Origin: Felis catus
Taxonomy: Eukaryota
Direction: 5' to 3'
DNA length: 64,000 nt
Assembly: GCF_018350175.1 (NCBI RefSeq)
Contig: NC_058383.1
Location: forward strand, 7,752,001 to 7,816,000
Below the pieces are notes generated by a model. The model saw nothing but the letters and a program-made list of their open reading frames with translations. It searched no databases and was not told where the DNA came from. The translations under genes were made by a program, and so were the position numbers. Shown here one piece after another: positions 62,101 through 64,000 of this stretch (position 1 is the stretch's first letter; the number at the start of each line of letters is the position of its first letter).

Positions 62101-64000
62101 CCCAGCCTTCCAGTCTCTCCGAACCCAACCCCCACCCTCAACTTGTCTCCCCACTCTGGGAGCCTCCTCCATCTGACTCTCTCTTCACCAAGACGGTTTA
62201 CCCTCATTTGGTTACTGCCTCCTTCCCCTCTGACCTGGGCCAGCTCTGTTCCCTTTCTTCCTTCCTCTCTTTTCAGGGAACTCTTTTTTTTTTTTTTTTT
62301 TAATTGTGGTAAAATATACATAACATAAAATTTCCCATCTTAATGACTTAAAACTTTTTTTAATGTTTATTCATTTTTTAATAAAATTTTTTAAAAATTT
62401 ATTTTTGAGGGGCGCCTGGGTGGTTTGGTCGGTTAAGCGTCCGACTTCAGCTCAGGTCATGATCTCACAGTTCGTGAGTTCGAGCCCCGCGTCGGGCTCT
62501 GTGCTGACAGCTTGGAGCCTGTTTCGGATTCTGTGTCTCCCTCTCTCTCTGCCCCTCCCCTGTTCATGCTCTGTCTCTCTCTGTCTCAAAAATAAACGTT
62601 AAAAAACAAATTTTTTTTTAAATTTATTTTTGAGAGAAAGACAGAGAGACAGAACGTGAGGAGAGGGGCAGAGAGAGAGGGAGACACAGAATCTGAAGCA
62701 GGCTCCAGGCTCCGAGCTGTCAGCACAGAGCCCAACACGGGGCTCAAACTCACGAACCCTGAGATCATGACCCAATCCGAAGTCAGACTGTTAACCGACT
62801 GAGCCACGCAGGTGCCCCCAGAATGTCTTTTTAAAGACTGAGTAATATTCCACTGTATGGATAGATCTCATTGTGTTCATCCACTCATCTGATGAACATT
62901 CTCTGGGAGCTCTCGATGCCCCGAGCTCAGGGTGCTGGAAATCACTGCCCTTCCTGACACTGGTTTCTTCTTCGCTCTGAAGTGCCCGTCCAGCAGCAGC
63001 TACAGCCCCTGTGCCAACCCCTGCCCAGCCACCTGCCTCAGCCTGACGGCCCCCAGAGACTGCCCAGCAGCACTGCCCTGTACGGAGGGCTGTGAGTGCC
63101 AGAAAGGTCACATCCTGAGTGGAACCTCCTGTGTGCCCCTCAGCCAGTGCGGCTGCGTCGACCAGGAGGGCTACTACCACCCGGTGAGAGGCCGGACCGC
63201 AGCGCCACATGTTTGGGGAGCAGGAGGCCTCAGAGCCTGTGAAGGGGTAAGGCGGCGGGGCCAGTGCTAGGGGCTGAGCAGCAAGCCCAGAAGCCCGAAG
63301 GCTGAGAAAGTCTGGGGATGGAGGCAAGCAGCCAAGGGGAGCGAGCCGGAGGGGGCGCCCGGGGTAGAGGGTTCGGTCCAACTCTGGCTTCCAAACCTCC
63401 ATGGGCTCTGCTGACGCCCACATCCCACAGGTCGGGGAGAGATGGTACGCGGACCACACCTGTTCCAGGCTCTGCACCTGCTCCACTCGCAACGCCATCT
63501 CCTGCCAGCAGGCCGCCTGCAAGCCTGGCCAGATGTGCTGGCCCCTGGATGGGCTGCTACGCTGCCGGGCTTCAGGTAGAAGGCCCTTGAGCACACAGGA
63601 GGACCCCGGTGTCATTGAGACTGCTGTCCCCAACTCCTCCTCACCCTCTCCCATCATCTGTAGCTCTTGGGCTCCTATGTCCGGGGTCCCAAAGAACTTC
63701 TGACTGGGAATGATGACCCTTGTGCCTTTGGAAAGGGCTCCTCGTGTTCACTCATGGCTGTCCCGGCCGTGAACTTAGATGGGACATTGTGAGTCCCATT
63801 ATGATGCCACATTCTCTGGCAGAATAGCGCCCCTTCCACCCCCAAGCCTCATCCTAGCCTGGCCACCGAGCCTTTATTTCTCTTCTCCCCTCCCTGTGGG
63901 GCCTCCTTCACCTTCAGCTCTCCTCACAGATGGGGAGAGCACTTGTTCTCGGAGAGGCTGGACCACTCCTCAGCAACCCGTCTCTCTCTGCCAGGTATGG
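39840..64000 (+). CDS. ZAN: Zonadhesin (MAM x3, mucin-like repeat, D0-D2 VWD/TIL domains and start of D3); partial, reading frame disrupted in this sequence
   Basis: ATG 39840 ([17 protein letters not shown] signal peptide). Exons: 39840-39916, 41069-41121, 41609-41755, 41928-42199, 42370-42457, 43155-43306 (152 nt, frameshifted), 45953-46117, 46681-46772, 46964-47042, 47185-47331, 47870-48141, 48424-48508, 48974-50695, 51533-51717, 54156-54297, 54457-54573, 55053-55177, 55477-55622, 57094-57237, 57616-57723, 57810-57979, 58603-58805, 59536-59677, 59995-60242, 60474-60654, 60909-61020, 61372-61466, 61783-61959 (GC donor), 62975-63183 (CG instead of AG acceptor), 63431-63575, 63995->64000. MAM CDFED motifs, GDPH motifs and TIL cysteine patterns present. 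Confidence 0.95.
40688..40892 (-). mobile_element. Can-SINE in ZAN intron
   Basis: SINE consensus with poly(T) tail. Confidence 0.88.
44285..44478 (+). mobile_element. Can-SINE inserted at the end of an L2-like fragment (~43570-44280)
   Basis: SINE head GGCACCTGGGTAGCTCAG. Upstream L2-like CATTCATTCAACAGGTACCTACTGAGCGCCTATGATGTGCCAGG. Confidence 0.8.
45410..45560. promoter_or_regulatory. Promoter-like CpG patch in ZAN intron 7
   Basis: NRF1 GCGCCTGCGCA at 45486-45496, TTGCGTCA at 45523-45530, inverted CCAAT (TGATTGGCT) at ~45548-45556, and a minus-strand donor G|GTGAGC at 45454. Confidence 0.5.
46385..46608 (-). mobile_element. Can-SINE
   Basis: SINE consensus. Confidence 0.88.
48974..50695 (+). 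repeat. ZAN: ZAN mucin-like exon: ~70 tandem 21-bp units encoding PTE(K/R)PT(V/I/L) heptads
   Basis: 1722-nt phase-1/phase-1 exon with an uninterrupted ORF and CCCACAGAAAAACCCACTGTC-like units. Confidence 0.95.
52244..52551 (+). mobile_element. MER33-like (hAT-Charlie) DNA transposon
   Basis: CAGCGCTGTCCAG...TAGCCACATTTTAAAAAGTAAAAAGAAACAGG...TGTATTGGACAGAGC terminal inverted repeats. Confidence 0.7.
52572..53710. mobile_element. SINE cluster (Can-SINE + 52572-52800; MIR ~52810-52975; short SINE + 53029-53128; Can-SINE - 53525-53710)
   Basis: Recognisable SINE heads and tails. MIR core CTGGGTGACCTTGGGCAAG. Confidence 0.75.
55995..56845 (-). mobile_element. Probable solo LTR containing two Can-SINEs (- 56060-56303; + 56557-56770)
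   Basis: TGTGGG...CCCACA inverted ends and a minus-strand AATAAA at ~56313-56319. The SINEs are clear; the LTR call is tentative because there is no clean TSD. Confidence 0.45.
62354..62819. mobile_element. Nested inverted Can-SINE pair in ZAN intron 29
   Basis: A plus SINE at 62409-62610 is inserted into the tail of a minus SINE that ends at 62819. 14-bp TSD AAATTTATTTTTGA at 62395-62408 and 62620-62633. Confidence 0.88.

Noticed and set aside
13639..62807. Recurrent [15 protein letters not shown]... short ORFs
   Set aside because: Translations of Can-SINE copies, not a gene family.

Overview
Mammalian genomic DNA from a felid: dense carnivore tRNA-derived SINEs, and an EPO protein matching the domestic cat sequence as I recall it. 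The window holds the conserved gene block GIGYF1 (minus strand, 5' half) - POP7 - EPO - ZAN (plus strand, runs off the right end), syntenic with human 7q22.1. I traced exons by hand. GIGYF1 (partial), POP7 and EPO are intact. EPO regulatory architecture is visible: GATA box, 14-codon uORF, non-canonical AAGAAC poly(A) signal, 3' HIF/DR2 enhancer, and a candidate distal 5' HRE about 7.7 kb upstream. The most notable observation is that ZAN (zonadhesin) has several apparent lesions: a 1-nt frameshift in a MAM2 exon, a lost AG acceptor and a GC donor on the same intron, and a Cys-to-Gly change in D1. These may indicate ZAN decay or a null allele in this felid, or assembly error. ZAN also contains an intronic promoter-like CpG patch. 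ZAN exons are numbered with the first coding exon as exon 2, following my recollection of the human gene. No prokaryotic-type systems such as CRISPR are present.
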